A DNA stretch of 64,000 bases, from the NCBI GenBank assembly GCA_000965745.1, contig CP009479.1, positions 960,001-1,024,000 of the forward strand, in the 5' to 3' direction. The notes beneath the pieces are model-generated. The model was not told the origin of the DNA and made no database searches. It was given only the letters and a program-made list of their open reading frames with translations. The translations under genes and the position numbers were made by a program. This document shows, in pieces, positions 1-9,681 of this stretch. Source of the DNA: an uncultured archaeon (GTDB lineage Archaea; Thermoplasmatota; Thermoplasmata; Thermoplasmatales; Thermoplasmataceae). The first letter of the stretch is position 1. Each line of letters starts with the position of its first letter.

Positions 1-916
1 GGAGATTCTGTGGCCTCTCAACGTAATCGTTTGCCAGAAAAATACGGATTTTTTCAAGGGCAGCCTTCTGTTTTTCTGTAGCTTTCCCGCTTATCTGGAA
101 GTCACTGGAGTCCGAAGAAATGAGGCTCGATGAAAATGCCTTCTGAATTGCCAGTTCGTATTCACCGGCTGAAAATATGCAGTTCTCCAGGGACTCAGAG
201 ATCTTTCTTACCTCTTCTGGAGAACAGAGATCCGCTTTGTTTGCAAGATACAATATCGGCTTCGCATACGTGAAGAACGAATTTGTGAACTCACTGAAAT
301 TCTCTTCTGTCCACTTTGACAACTTATCCGGAAAACTCCCCTTCAGGATAATTTCGGATATGCCTTTCTCGTCTATGCCGTATCCCGTGAGCTTCTTCAT
401 CAGAGAAGCTTCCAGCTTGTCTTTTGAGGCGTCATCCTTCCTTGAGAATTTGTCCCAATCCTTGGAAAGTTTAGATGAAAACCAGTCATAAAGCTCCTTT
501 CTAACAAAATTTATTTCATCAAGCGGGTCTAATTTCTCTTCTGAAGGTGTGCCGTCCAGCTGGCTGGTTCCTGACGCATCGAATACGTGGATTATAGCAT
601 CCGAGTCTCTTATATTCTCCAGAAATTCATTTCCCATTCCCTTCCCTTCGCTGGCACCTGGTATCAGTCCCGGAACATCTATGACCTCTATCGGAATATA
701 TCTGGTTCCATCCCTGCACATGCCCTCCCTTGGGCTGCACTTCTTTCCTATGACCTTTTCGGGGCATTCGGCTGGGAAGAGTGCTATCCCGACATTGGGC
801 TTGATCGTGGTAAATGGATAATTGGCAATCTCAGCAGTATTGTGCGTGAGTGCAGAAAACAATGTAGATTTCCCAGCATTTGGCTTGCCGATCAGGCCAA
901 TTTTCACTATGCTCAT
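1..916 (-). CDS. ychF: Obg/YchF-family redox-regulated ATPase/GTPase (3' end runs off the window)
   Basis: Manual translation from ATG at 916: MSIVKIGLIGKPNAGKSTLFSALT...IANYPFTTIKPNVG...DVPGLIPGASEGKGMGNEFL. Contains G1, G2 (YPFTT) and G3 motifs plus the archaeal Cys-containing insert. Absent from the ORF track because no stop lies in the window. Confidence 0.92.
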   Translation of the reverse strand, partial: MSIVKIGLIGKPNAGKSTLFSALTHNTAEIANYPFTTIKPNVGIALFPAECPEKVIGKKCSPREGMCRDGTRYIPIEVIDVPGLIPGASEGKGMGNEFLENIRDSDAIIHVFDASGTSQLDGTPSEEKLDPLDEINFVRKELYDWFSSKLSKDWDKFSRKDDASKDKLEASLMKKLTGYGIDEKGISEIILKGSFPDKLSKWTEENFSEFTNSFFTYAKPILYLANKADLCSPEEVRKISESLENCIFSAGEYELAIQKAFSSSLISSDSSDFQISGKATEKQKAALEKIRIFLANDYVERPQNL

Positions 917-952
917 TTTGAAACAGGATTCCGGGTTTGAATAAGTAGGTTC

Positions 953-1390
953 TCAGTTCATCTTTACAGAAACTTTTCTCATATCGTAACCCTTGGGGCA
1001 GTCAAGCTTCTCTTCCACCTTGGAGATGGTCGCCTTGATGCCCTCCCTCTTGTGAAGCAGGTTGCATGTTTCTATGTTGGGGCAGGTATAATGGTCGCAG
1101 TTCATAGACTTGACGGTGACCTTCGATCCTTCCTGCACCTTCCTTCCATACTGCAAGTTCACCTTTTCATCCACCTCTTCAACTTCGATAGTCGCAACCT
1201 TATCGTGGTTGAACACTATGCAGGGGTGGACTTTATCCCTCACTTTCTTGACCCTGTAGTTTTTGCCGGGCTCAAGGTTGAAGCATACGTTCTTTATTCT
1301 GCATTCAGCGCATCCTACAAGGGGCGTGACGAAAGTAAATTCTAAATCTTCTTTGGCCAAGTCTAGGCCTATAAGAGAAATCTTTGCCAT
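953..1390 (-). CDS. UPF0179 family archaeal protein
   Basis: 145 aa; ISLIG..LAK N-terminus, CAECRIKNVCFNLEPG and further Cys clusters; this family commonly sits next to egsA. Confidence 0.8.
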   Translation of the reverse strand: MAKISLIGLDLAKEDLEFTFVTPLVGCAECRIKNVCFNLEPGKNYRVKKVRDKVHPCIVFNHDKVATIEVEEVDEKVNLQYGRKVQEGSKVTVKSMNCDHYTCPNIETCNLLHKREGIKATISKVEEKLDCPKGYDMRKVSVKMN

Positions 1391-1404
1391 TTTAATCAGC
1401 TCGT

Positions 1405-2475
1405 TTAAATAATTCCTGTTACTTCAAGTGCCCTTTCAGCCACGGCGTAGCTAAGGTCACTCTCCCCAAGAATCGTGTATCTCTCAGGTCTTATCGCGTG
1501 TGCGGTCCTGAGTGCATTAATCATTATCGTGTCAGTGATGCTGTAGTCTTTTGCCTTTATTGAAAGGCCAAACTTGCTGTATGTGTTCACAAGGCTCTGC
1601 CAGTCCCCACCGTGCAGGAACATTGAAACAACGGATCCCATGGCGCACTGTTCGCCATGGATTGATGTACCCGGGCTGGATTGCTGCAGTGCGTGAGCTA
1701 GCAAATGCTCACTTCCACTCGCCGGTCTGGAAGAGGATGCTATCGCCATGGCGGTTCCAGAAGCAAGTATCTGCTTTGTTACCAGCCATACGGACTCCTC
1801 AACGCCAGGAAGTATCATGTGTGCTTTCTCGATTAGTTCTCTGGAAGCATACTGGGACAGTGCTGCAGCGCTGGTGCTGAAATCTTCTGCGTGAAGCCTG
1901 TTTGCAAGCTTCCAGTCCAGTATTGCTGTTTCATTGGAAATAACATCAGCAGCCCCGGATTGAAGGTATTTGAACGGTGCCTTCACCATCACGGATGTAT
2001 CCGCTATGATTGCAACAGGCATTATCGCGTCTTCTGACAGGGTGCACCCATTTCTTTTGATTGAAGCTCTTGGCGACGCAATACCATCGTGGCTTGGGGA
2101 AGTTGGAACACTTATCAGCGGTATGTTCAGTTCATAAGCGGCCCTCTTGCCCAAATCTATCTTTGAGCCTCCGCCTACTCCAACAATGATTCCGGCCCCG
2201 GCATATCTTGACTCTTCGATAACTGTTTCCAGGTTATCTTCATCCGCGGCTCCGGTTCTAATTAAGTTTGTATCAAGTTTTGACTGTTCAAGAAGGCGTT
2301 TGACCTCCTTTCCGGCAAGGTCCTTGGTTTTTTCGCCAGTCACAATCATGACCGACCCGTTTCTGAGATTTGTGTTTACTACCTGGACTACCGTCTCCAG
2401 CACGGAGTGTCCGACATACACTTCCCTCGGGAATTGCATGGTTCTGAACTTGCCGAATTCCATTCCGTGTCTCAT
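1405..2475 (-). CDS. egsA: sn-glycerol-1-phosphate dehydrogenase (archaeal lipid backbone)
   Basis: GVGGGSKID, PTSPSHDGIASP, SRPASGSEHLLAHAL, HGEQC, RPERYTILG motifs. Confidence 0.95.
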   Translation of the reverse strand: MRHGMEFGKFRTMQFPREVYVGHSVLETVVQVVNTNLRNGSVMIVTGEKTKDLAGKEVKRLLEQSKLDTNLIRTGAADEDNLETVIEESRYAGAGIIVGVGGGSKIDLGKRAAYELNIPLISVPTSPSHDGIASPRASIKRNGCTLSEDAIMPVAIIADTSVMVKAPFKYLQSGAADVISNETAILDWKLANRLHAEDFSTSAAALSQYASRELIEKAHMILPGVEESVWLVTKQILASGTAMAIASSSRPASGSEHLLAHALQQSSPGTSIHGEQCAMGSVVSMFLHGGDWQSLVNTYSKFGLSIKAKDYSITDTIMINALRTAHAIRPERYTILGESDLSYAVAERALEVTGII

Positions 2476-2533
2476 TTTATTTTTAAATATAAACCTTAGT
2501 ACTTGAAGTACTTTTCGCGTTCAGTTTCGCTTT

Positions 2534-3406
2534 CTACTGTTCCAGATTATTGGTTCCGACAGCCATGCTCCCGTTGTCATAGTGTGCGTAATCATCCTTG
2601 TCCACAGCTATCAGTCCTATGAGTGTCTGACCAAAGCTGTCAACCTCCTCTTTCAGGATCTCCTTGAGCGGCTTTGAACCTATCTTCGCATAGGTTCTGT
2701 AGCACAGTATATTTTTAGCAATCTCCTCGCCAATTCCTGTGGCAACTACGGCCCCTTTTGGACCGCAGTAAATACCCGCACCTAAAACTGGTGAGTCTCC
2801 TACACGGCCCCTCATCATAGGCGAAGATCCGCCGGTGGAGACGGCTGCTGCAAATTTCCCGTCCATTCTTGCGACTGCTCCAACTGTGTCGCAGGAGCCT
2901 TCGACAAACTGTGTGGAGTTTACGAATTTCTTGAAGTGGGCAACATTTGAGGAAATGCCTGCATTTTCAGACCTCAGCTCTGCCAGAACCTTTTCGAGCC
3001 TGCTCCTGGCCTTGCCTGTAGAGGGATCGTATTCTTCGTAGCCCAAGGTTCTTGCAAACTTAACCGCTCCATCTGAAGCGAGCATTATGTGAGGGCTTTT
3101 TTCAAGCACATCTCTTGCCACAAGAATGGGGTTTTTTACTCTCTCTATGGCTATTACAGAACCAAAGTCCCCCGGTATCATGACGGCCGCATCCATTTGT
3201 ATGCTTCCGTCTATTCTCATAACGGAGCCAGTTCCTGCATTGAAATCTTCATCGTCCTCCATCTTGACAACCGCATTAACAACATTCTCGAGGGGTGAAG
3301 CCGAAGCTGATCCAACTTTGGCATAATCGTTGAGCTTGCTGTTTAGATATTCAAGCTTGGACTTGTCTGAGCCTACACCTCCGTGTAGAAGGAGCATATT
3401 TGGCAT
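2534..3406 (-). CDS. Isoaspartyl peptidase/L-asparaginase (Ntn hydrolase, type 2 asparaginase)
   Basis: LHGGVG, FNAGTGS, MDAAVM, nucleophile in CD/TVGAVA, STGG, GRVGDSP, ATGIGE. Confidence 0.9.
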   Translation of the reverse strand: MPNMLLLHGGVGSDKSKLEYLNSKLNDYAKVGSASASPLENVVNAVVKMEDDEDFNAGTGSVMRIDGSIQMDAAVMIPGDFGSVIAIERVKNPILVARDVLEKSPHIMLASDGAVKFARTLGYEEYDPSTGKARSRLEKVLAELRSENAGISSNVAHFKKFVNSTQFVEGSCDTVGAVARMDGKFAAAVSTGGSSPMMRGRVGDSPVLGAGIYCGPKGAVVATGIGEEIAKNILCYRTYAKIGSKPLKEILKEEVDSFGQTLIGLIAVDKDDYAHYDNGSMAVGTNNLEQ

Positions 3407-3604
3407 GCTGGTTTATAGATAGAAATTTATTAAATTTGCTTCATTCTCTTTACTGAGGTCTCCAAAGGAAGTCTCAATCTTATAGGATGGAAGGTTTCCA
3501 GTGATTCGAGCCACATTGCATACAGACTCCCAGAAATCTTAAATATATTCTTAAGATTGAGCGCAGCTTGGATTGTGTCCACATTTCAAGCTCCTGGCAA
3601 AGGA

Positions 3605-3676
3605 GGGCTCGTAGTCTAGTGGTATGATGTCTCCCTGACACGGAGGAGGTCACCGGTTCGAACCCGGTCGGGCCCA
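3605..3676 (+). tRNA. tRNA-Val (GAC), no intron, CCA not encoded
   Basis: GGGCTCG acceptor stem pairs with CGGGCCC+A; D arm TAGTCTAGTGGTATGA; anticodon arm TCTCC-CTGACAC-GGAGG; T arm ACCGG-TTCGAAC-CCGGT. Confidence 0.97.
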
Positions 3677-3691
3677 TTTACATTTTTTTAA

Positions 3692-3962
3692 CAAAATTGA
3701 ACGGGAAATCCACTTCCGAAAGGGAGGGGATGAAAGCGAAATCTTTTTCTTTTTTCCAGAAATAATACGTTGCTCACCAGCAGACAGAATGGAAGAAGGG
3801 TCGGATAACATGTAGCTCCATGCGTTCCTGTGTCCGTAAAGTCGAATGGATTAGTGTGGAGGGCAAAGTACCCCCGGGCCGGAGGGAATTCATGCCTGCG
3901 GAGGTTCCGCTGGTAACCGTGGAAGCAGGAAGCCCCTTTCGAAAGATAGGGGAGGAGGTCAC
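3692..3962 (+). mobile_element. Non-autonomous IS200/IS605-family derivative (PATE/MITE-like) retaining left end, right end and tnpB 3'/omegaRNA region
   Basis: Left hairpin ATCCACTTCC-GAAA-GGGAGGGGAT (3708-3731) followed by GAAAGCG. Similar right hairpin CCCCTTTC-GAAA-GATAGGGG (3933-3952) followed by AGGAGGTCAC, a typical IS605 right end. The internal segment translates to KVPPGRREFMPAE, resembling archaeal TnpB C-termini. Preceded by TTTAA (3687-3691). No intact tnpA or tnpB. Confidence 0.72.
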
Positions 3963-3997
3963 AGGAACCTTATTCTCACTATACAGGTGGAACAAAT

Positions 3998-4855
3998 ATG
4001 TCTGACTACAAATTTGCAGTAAGTGCCTGGATCTGGTACGGAAATCCGGCAACTAACGGTTATGATTTCATTGACAAAGCAGGGGAAATTGGATATGACG
4101 GAATAGAAATCCCAACCTTTGACGGAAATATAGACGAAAAGCAAATCCTTGACAAACTGAGTTCTCAGAAAAGAAAAATTGAGCCAGTAGTTGTTGGAGG
4201 GGGATCTCCTGATATGGACATCTCGTCAGAAAATGAAAAAATTAGGGAAAATGGCCTTAATTACATAAAGAAGTTAGTGGATAAAGCCTCCAAAATAAAT
4301 TCTTTCCTCGTATGCGGCCCGATATACAGTGCAGTGGGGAAGTCCTTATATCTCACAGCAGAGCAGAGGGAGAGGGTAATTCGAAGGACGGCACTTGAGA
4401 TAAGAAAAGCATCCGAATATGCTACCGGTCAGGGTGTGGACTTGGCTCTGGAGCCGTTGTGCAGATATGATTCCTATCTCATCAACACTACAGCGGAAAT
4501 GCATCACTTTCTTGATCTAGCCGAATCCGAAAACGTTGGAATTCTTCTGGACACATTCCACATGAATATAGAAGAGCGGTCAATGCCAGAAGCAATCAGG
4601 CTTGCCGGAGACAGGTTCCGCCACTTTCAGGTGTGTGAAAATGATCGTGGAGTGCCTGGAAAAGGATCGCTTGACTGGAAATCGATCGCGGCAGCTACGG
4701 AAAAATCGGGGTACAAAGGATGGGTCAGTCTGGAATCATTCACCCCGTACGAGCAGGAATTCTCTGCAATAATGAGATCATGGAGGCCTCTTTCGGAAAC
4801 TCAGGATTTGTTTGCTTCTGAAGGGTTAAACTATCTGAAAAAAATATTTGTATAG
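3998..4855 (+). CDS. Sugar phosphate isomerase/epimerase, D-tagatose/D-psicose 3-epimerase-like TIM barrel
   Basis: GYDGIEI, EPLCRYDSYLINT, LDTFHMNIEE, ENDRGVPGKG, LESF motifs. Confidence 0.85.
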   Translation: MSDYKFAVSAWIWYGNPATNGYDFIDKAGEIGYDGIEIPTFDGNIDEKQILDKLSSQKRKIEPVVVGGGSPDMDISSENEKIRENGLNYIKKLVDKASKINSFLVCGPIYSAVGKSLYLTAEQRERVIRRTALEIRKASEYATGQGVDLALEPLCRYDSYLINTTAEMHHFLDLAESENVGILLDTFHMNIEERSMPEAIRLAGDRFRHFQVCENDRGVPGKGSLDWKSIAAATEKSGYKGWVSLESFTPYEQEFSAIMRSWRPLSETQDLFASEGLNYLKKIFV

Positions 4856-4877
4856 ATAAATAGAATAAAAAAAGGGA

Positions 4878-6350
4878 TTAAAGGTCCTCTTCTTCCTGCA
4901 TTGCAAGGGAAGCGGAAACTTTTCCACCCAGCATCTTGCTCTCGGGGAATACCCAAATTCTCAGTGGCGGATAAAGCACCAGCACAAGTATCAGAGCCAG
5001 AAGGAAACCCATTACGAAAATCCCCTGAGTCTCAAGGTATGCACTGATCCCGGTGGCTATCAGTATCGTAAGGACACCTGCGATATTCACTGCCTCCACA
5101 CTTTTGTGGTTTGCCCGTTTTCCCCTTCTTACAATGTAATAATCTGCAATCATGATCCCAGCGAAGGAAGTCGTAGTTATTCCCAGGATATCAAGGTAGC
5201 CCGAGATGAATCCAAGAATTCCCACGAAGATCATAATAAGGGCAACTATGTTTCCAAGTATAACCATTACAAGCCTTCCGGGCTTCCATTTTGCAGTTGC
5301 ATCGAAGAAGTTTGCTAGAGCTAGCGAACCCGAATAGGTGTTAAGAACCTGGGCTTTGGCCTGTGCTGCATACATGAGTATGAAGCCAACTACTGAAGAG
5401 AGGATTATGAAAAAGGCACCAGTGTTATTGGATGCAAGGCTATTCACGTAAGCCCCAGCCGTCGTCCCTGTCGGGACTATGTTATGTGCTATGACATAGG
5501 AGATAGCTGGCTGCAGGCCACCATAAACTATTACCGAACCGGATATCATGATGACGATGTCGATCATGATGCTTCCCATGTAGGACATGATAGGCAGATC
5601 CTTCTTTGTTCTGGCATATCTTGCGTAGTCTGCATCAACAAGTGCGAGTGCTCCTGCTGAGCCTGCAAGTGTTGTAACTGCAATCATGAACCTTGTGGTG
5701 CTGCTTCCCATCCCGGGTATCAATGGCCCGTGTGAGAATATTGCGCCGACGCCTGTTCCCGACGCGAAAACTGCGACGTAAAACATATACCCCAGAAGGA
5801 TTATGAAAACAATGAGAAGGTACGAAGACACCTTGAGAACGGCGTTGATACCGTATGTTGTCAACAGAATCCAGGCTACTGTCAGAATCCCCAGTATGAG
5901 GATTTCGTTTCCGAGGTTGGGCGTCCAGCCCAAGGCAAAGATTGTTCCGTAGTACAGAAGAGCATTCTCAAGTGCGAGGAATCCCAGTATCATAAATCCA
6001 AAAATTGCGGATGCTATCACTGAACCTCTTGCGCCAAAACCATAGAACCTAGAAGTTACCGTGCTGGAGAGCTTCTCGGCAAAACTTACACGGGAAACGG
6101 CCCACCCAAGGGTTCCTCCGAATATGGCCACCAGTATGTCGGCAATTATTGCAAGCTTCATGCCCGCAACTGCTGCCACAAAGTAACCAATATCCAGCTG
6201 GACCAAGGTAGAAACAATTCCCATGGAAAGCCAGGACAAAGACCATCCTGACTTTCTTCTTGCCTGTGGCACTCTCCCGAGCGCGTAATCGTCTATGATT
6301 TCTGACTCACTAATTTTTCCAGTCTTATTAGCTGCTGAAGAATCAGACAT
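4878..6350 (-). CDS. Purine/cytosine permease family (NCS1/CodB-like) transporter
   Basis: DDYALGRVP N-terminus, ~12 TM segments, DYARYA, NTYSGSLALANF, IADYYIV. Confidence 0.85.
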   Translation of the reverse strand: MSDSSAANKTGKISESEIIDDYALGRVPQARRKSGWSLSWLSMGIVSTLVQLDIGYFVAAVAGMKLAIIADILVAIFGGTLGWAVSRVSFAEKLSSTVTSRFYGFGARGSVIASAIFGFMILGFLALENALLYYGTIFALGWTPNLGNEILILGILTVAWILLTTYGINAVLKVSSYLLIVFIILLGYMFYVAVFASGTGVGAIFSHGPLIPGMGSSTTRFMIAVTTLAGSAGALALVDADYARYARTKKDLPIMSYMGSIMIDIVIMISGSVIVYGGLQPAISYVIAHNIVPTGTTAGAYVNSLASNNTGAFFIILSSVVGFILMYAAQAKAQVLNTYSGSLALANFFDATAKWKPGRLVMVILGNIVALIMIFVGILGFISGYLDILGITTTSFAGIMIADYYIVRRGKRANHKSVEAVNIAGVLTILIATGISAYLETQGIFVMGFLLALILVLVLYPPLRIWVFPESKMLGGKVSASLAMQEEEDL

Positions 6351-6449
6351 TGCACGTTCAAAATAACTATATATTTAAGTGTTAGCTTTAGCGCATTTTT
6401 AAAAGAAGATTGGAAAAGAAACATACTTATTTTAATTTACAAAAGGGGT

Positions 6450-8003
6450 TTATATTATTTTTTTATGGGCATCGTCTATGGCCTCAAATGCGGCATTTCT
6501 CCCGGATAATCCTGACACCCCGCCTCCGGGATGGGTAGCTGCGCTGCACATATATAAGCCTGTAAGAGGGGTTCTATATTTGCTGTATCCGGGGAAAGGC
6601 CTAAGCGCCATCATCTGGTGCACGGTTGGCTGCCCGAATACCGGGTCTCCATTAATCACGTTAGCATTCTTAGATTCAATGTCCTGCGGGCTCATCACGA
6701 CACTCTTAAGAATGGAGTTATTTATGTTTGGGGCATATTCCGCAAGCCTGTCCATCGATATCCTGTAAATTTCTTCTTTGGCATCCTTGGACCACTCTTT
6801 TCCGCCAACCCTGGCAGGTGCCCTCACAAAGTTCCACATTATGTGCTTTCCCGGGGGAGCCCTAGTCCCGTCAAAAATGGTTGAATTATTTAATGTCATG
6901 AATGGATGTTGCGGGATTCTTCCTGTTGTAGAGTCGTTGAAGGCTCTTGAAATCTCATCTACCGATTCCCCAATCTGCACCATTCCCGCCTCACTGGCTT
7001 CCTCTGCAATATAATTGGGCGCCTCACCAAGCGCGGCGTGTATCATAATCTGAGTAACATCGGAATATTTGAAATGGTCAACCTTACGTAAGAAGCTTTC
7101 AGGAAGTGATGAATCTTGCACTATCTTTTTGAAAAGTGCCTTAGGCTCTATATTTGAGATAATCCCTCGCTTTGCGGTGAATGATTTGCCGCTTCTGGTT
7201 TTTATTCCAGTTGCTCTTCCAGAATTCACCTTGACCTCTACAACCTCGTCTCCAATAACGAATTCCCCCTTGAGTGTTCTGATATATTTCTCAAAAGCAT
7301 TTGTGAGTGTGTTCATTCCACCAATGGGTATGGAAGACCCTCTTTCCTGGAGGAGGCCTACAAACGTTATCGCCAGCAATGCTCCTCCTGCGCTTTCAGG
7401 CGAAAGAGGGGCATGGTTGGCAGCCCATATTGCGTAAAAAGCCTTCAATTCTTCAGATTCAAATGTCTCGTCCAGCCAATCCCTTACAGACATGAATGAT
7501 AGTCTCATGAACTCCAGCCCCTCCTCATTTTCTTCGAGAAGGGCCATCGTATTGGAATAGTCTGAAGGTGGTGATGAAAAGCTCGCCTCCATCATTTCCT
7601 GTACGCTTCTGTAGTAATCATGAAGATTCCTGTATGCCAGAGCATCTTTCTTTGAAAACTGCTCAATTGATTTCACAGTTGAATCCAAGTTTCTGTGGAT
7701 TGTTATAGCCTTCCTGCTCTTGAACGGAGTTGACGCAACAACCTCTGGGTCAATGTATCTGTAACCATAATCCTTCAGCCCAAGTTCCTGTTCCACCGGC
7801 CCGAGTTTCCATATGTTTATGGAAGAGGCCAGGACATCGTGGTGAAAACCGGGCAGAGTTATATCGCCCGTTATTGCACATCCGCCAAGATGCTGTTCTT
7901 TCTCAACAACAAGAGTTGAAAATCCCTCTTTTGCCAGATATGCGGCGGCAGCCAGTCCGTTTGTGCCTCCTCCGAGTATTATGAAATCGTAAGCCCCAGA
8001 CAT
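6450..8003 (-). CDS. FAD-dependent oxidoreductase, phytoene dehydrogenase-related (COG1233-like)
   Basis: GGGTNGLAAAAYLA dinucleotide fold, PGFHHD, C-terminal YRTPLTGLYMCSAATHPGGGVSG. Confidence 0.85.
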   Translation of the reverse strand: MSGAYDFIILGGGTNGLAAAAYLAKEGFSTLVVEKEQHLGGCAITGDITLPGFHHDVLASSINIWKLGPVEQELGLKDYGYRYIDPEVVASTPFKSRKAITIHRNLDSTVKSIEQFSKKDALAYRNLHDYYRSVQEMMEASFSSPPSDYSNTMALLEENEEGLEFMRLSFMSVRDWLDETFESEELKAFYAIWAANHAPLSPESAGGALLAITFVGLLQERGSSIPIGGMNTLTNAFEKYIRTLKGEFVIGDEVVEVKVNSGRATGIKTRSGKSFTAKRGIISNIEPKALFKKIVQDSSLPESFLRKVDHFKYSDVTQIMIHAALGEAPNYIAEEASEAGMVQIGESVDEISRAFNDSTTGRIPQHPFMTLNNSTIFDGTRAPPGKHIMWNFVRAPARVGGKEWSKDAKEEIYRISMDRLAEYAPNINNSILKSVVMSPQDIESKNANVINGDPVFGQPTVHQMMALRPFPGYSKYRTPLTGLYMCSAATHPGGGVSGLSGRNAAFEAIDDAHKKII

Positions 8004-8128
8004 ATAATATCTCCCGATGGCGTAATGTTAACACACGAATATAATTCTTTCAAAAATAGTATCTTCGGCACATAAAAATTTTTGACCAAATCACCAGGTC
8101 TATCGGTTGTAGTTAGAGCGTGTCTGTT

Positions 8129-8149
8129 TCGAGTGCATAATGCAATCGA
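8129..8149. promoter_or_regulatory. 21-bp near-perfect palindrome in a divergent promoter, candidate operator
   Basis: TCGAGTGCATAATGCAATCGA, 9 of 10 arm positions complementary; a half-site GAGTGCA recurs at ~8171. Confidence 0.45.
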
Positions 8150-8256
8150 CGCCCTAAAATCTATAGTACAGAGTGCAATATAACTATTATCAAAACGCAA
8201 TACACTCAAAAGCGAATATTTAAATATAGAGAGACAGATTATATAAGGAGTTATAC

Positions 8257-9672
8257 ATGAAAAGCGGAGATCCCTTAAAGGCATGGCCCGATGTTCCAGT
8301 TAAGGCATACGTGCAGTTAACTGACAACGAGAAGAAACTGCTTGGACGACGACAGAAGATCATTTTGATCTGGAGTATCCTTGCCTCTTTCACCTATGCG
8401 TTAATCTGGTATTGGCTTAATGCAGTAGGTATAAGCCCGAACCCTACGTTGATCTCGGTTGCCCACACATACAGCTTTTCGCCGACACAGATTGGATATC
8501 TTGTATCAGCATTTGCTGCAGGTTTTATCATAACCAATTTTATCTGGGGGCACCTAAACGACAACTACTGGCCATATAGAATTGTGACAGTCGGCCTGAT
8601 AGTGGCTGGACTGACGACATTGATTTTTCCCTATGTACACAGTCTCAGTGGCATGATTGCAATAAGGCTGGTAGAGGGAATATTCAACGGTGCTGCCTGG
8701 TCCGGTCTGGTCAAGACCGTCCAGCTCTGGTTCCCCATTGAGAAGAGGTCAAGATACCTCGGAATCATGATAGCGGTTTACAGCTGGGCTATTTCTGCCG
8801 ACGAACTTCTGGGGCAGTCTTTCATGGCTGCAACGGGAGGATGGCAGGAATGGGCAATCATAGTCGGAATCCTAGGGCTTGTTGTTGGTGCAATCACCTT
8901 TTTCACGGCAAAACCATACGGTCCGATGGTAGGCCTTCCACATCTTGACTGGGGAGACGTACCGCCTGCTAAGAACATGACCTTCAAGAACGTATCAGTG
9001 GCTCTATACAAATTCAGATGGATGATCCTGGCAATCCTTTCCGGTTTCGTTGTAATTGGAGGTGCCAATGTCATTAGTGCTTTCTACATACCGGACGTTC
9101 TGGGAGCAATACACCATATGACCGGCCCGCAGATCGGACTTCTGGCAACTGTGTGGGGAGTAGGTCAGGGAATCCTGATACTTATATTCGGCCCACTTAG
9201 TGACAGGCTCAGAAAGAGAGTGATATTCATCAAGATTGGACTCGGAGGATCAGTTCTGGCAATGATTGGTGTGATTTACGCAGCATTGACTCCGGGGCTC
9301 TCGATGCCAATGATGTACCTGATCACAATTTCAACCGGCTGGCCCTTCCTGATCGCAGGCCCGGTTTTTGCCCTTCTGGCTGACAGGTACGGGGTCCAGA
9401 TGGTCGGTGCAGCTTCTGCCCATTTTGAAGGTTTTGGAACTGGTGGAGGTGCGTTTGTACTCCCGCTCATAGTGGGGGGAATGTCTGCATCCACAGCATT
9501 TGGCGTGACATCACCGTATCCATGGGTGGTAATGGCGGCAATATTCTTCGTGATATTCCTGTTCTGGCTGCCACAGAAAGACTATACTGTTTCCCAGTCT
9601 CTTGTGGACGTTAAGACCCTGGAAAAGGAGAAGAGAGAGAAGGAAATAGAATTCGGCCTCGTGGAAGATTAG
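8257..9672 (+). CDS. MFS transporter
   Basis: ~12 TM segments; GHLNDNY and GPLSDRLRKR loop motifs; RLVEGIF in TM4. Confidence 0.88.
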   Translation: MKSGDPLKAWPDVPVKAYVQLTDNEKKLLGRRQKIILIWSILASFTYALIWYWLNAVGISPNPTLISVAHTYSFSPTQIGYLVSAFAAGFIITNFIWGHLNDNYWPYRIVTVGLIVAGLTTLIFPYVHSLSGMIAIRLVEGIFNGAAWSGLVKTVQLWFPIEKRSRYLGIMIAVYSWAISADELLGQSFMAATGGWQEWAIIVGILGLVVGAITFFTAKPYGPMVGLPHLDWGDVPPAKNMTFKNVSVALYKFRWMILAILSGFVVIGGANVISAFYIPDVLGAIHHMTGPQIGLLATVWGVGQGILILIFGPLSDRLRKRVIFIKIGLGGSVLAMIGVIYAALTPGLSMPMMYLITISTGWPFLIAGPVFALLADRYGVQMVGAASAHFEGFGTGGGAFVLPLIVGGMSASTAFGVTSPYPWVVMAAIFFVIFLFWLPQKDYTVSQSLVDVKTLEKEKREKEIEFGLVED

Positions 9673-9681
9673 TTACTCGGC

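Noticed and set aside
177-940. Three plus-strand ORFs at the window start
   Set aside because: Antisense shadows of ychF on the minus strand
3480-3677. 65-aa minus-strand ORF (MGPTGFEPVTS...)
   Set aside because: It is the antisense translation of tRNA-Val, a classic spurious ORF
3820-4005. 61-aa ORF
   Set aside because: Lies within the IS605-type remnant; reflects a tnpB tail rather than a real gene
6450-8003. Carotenoid biosynthesis (crtI/crtO)
   Set aside because: No crtB/crtE/crtY nearby; the context is transport and catabolism, so only a family-level call is justified
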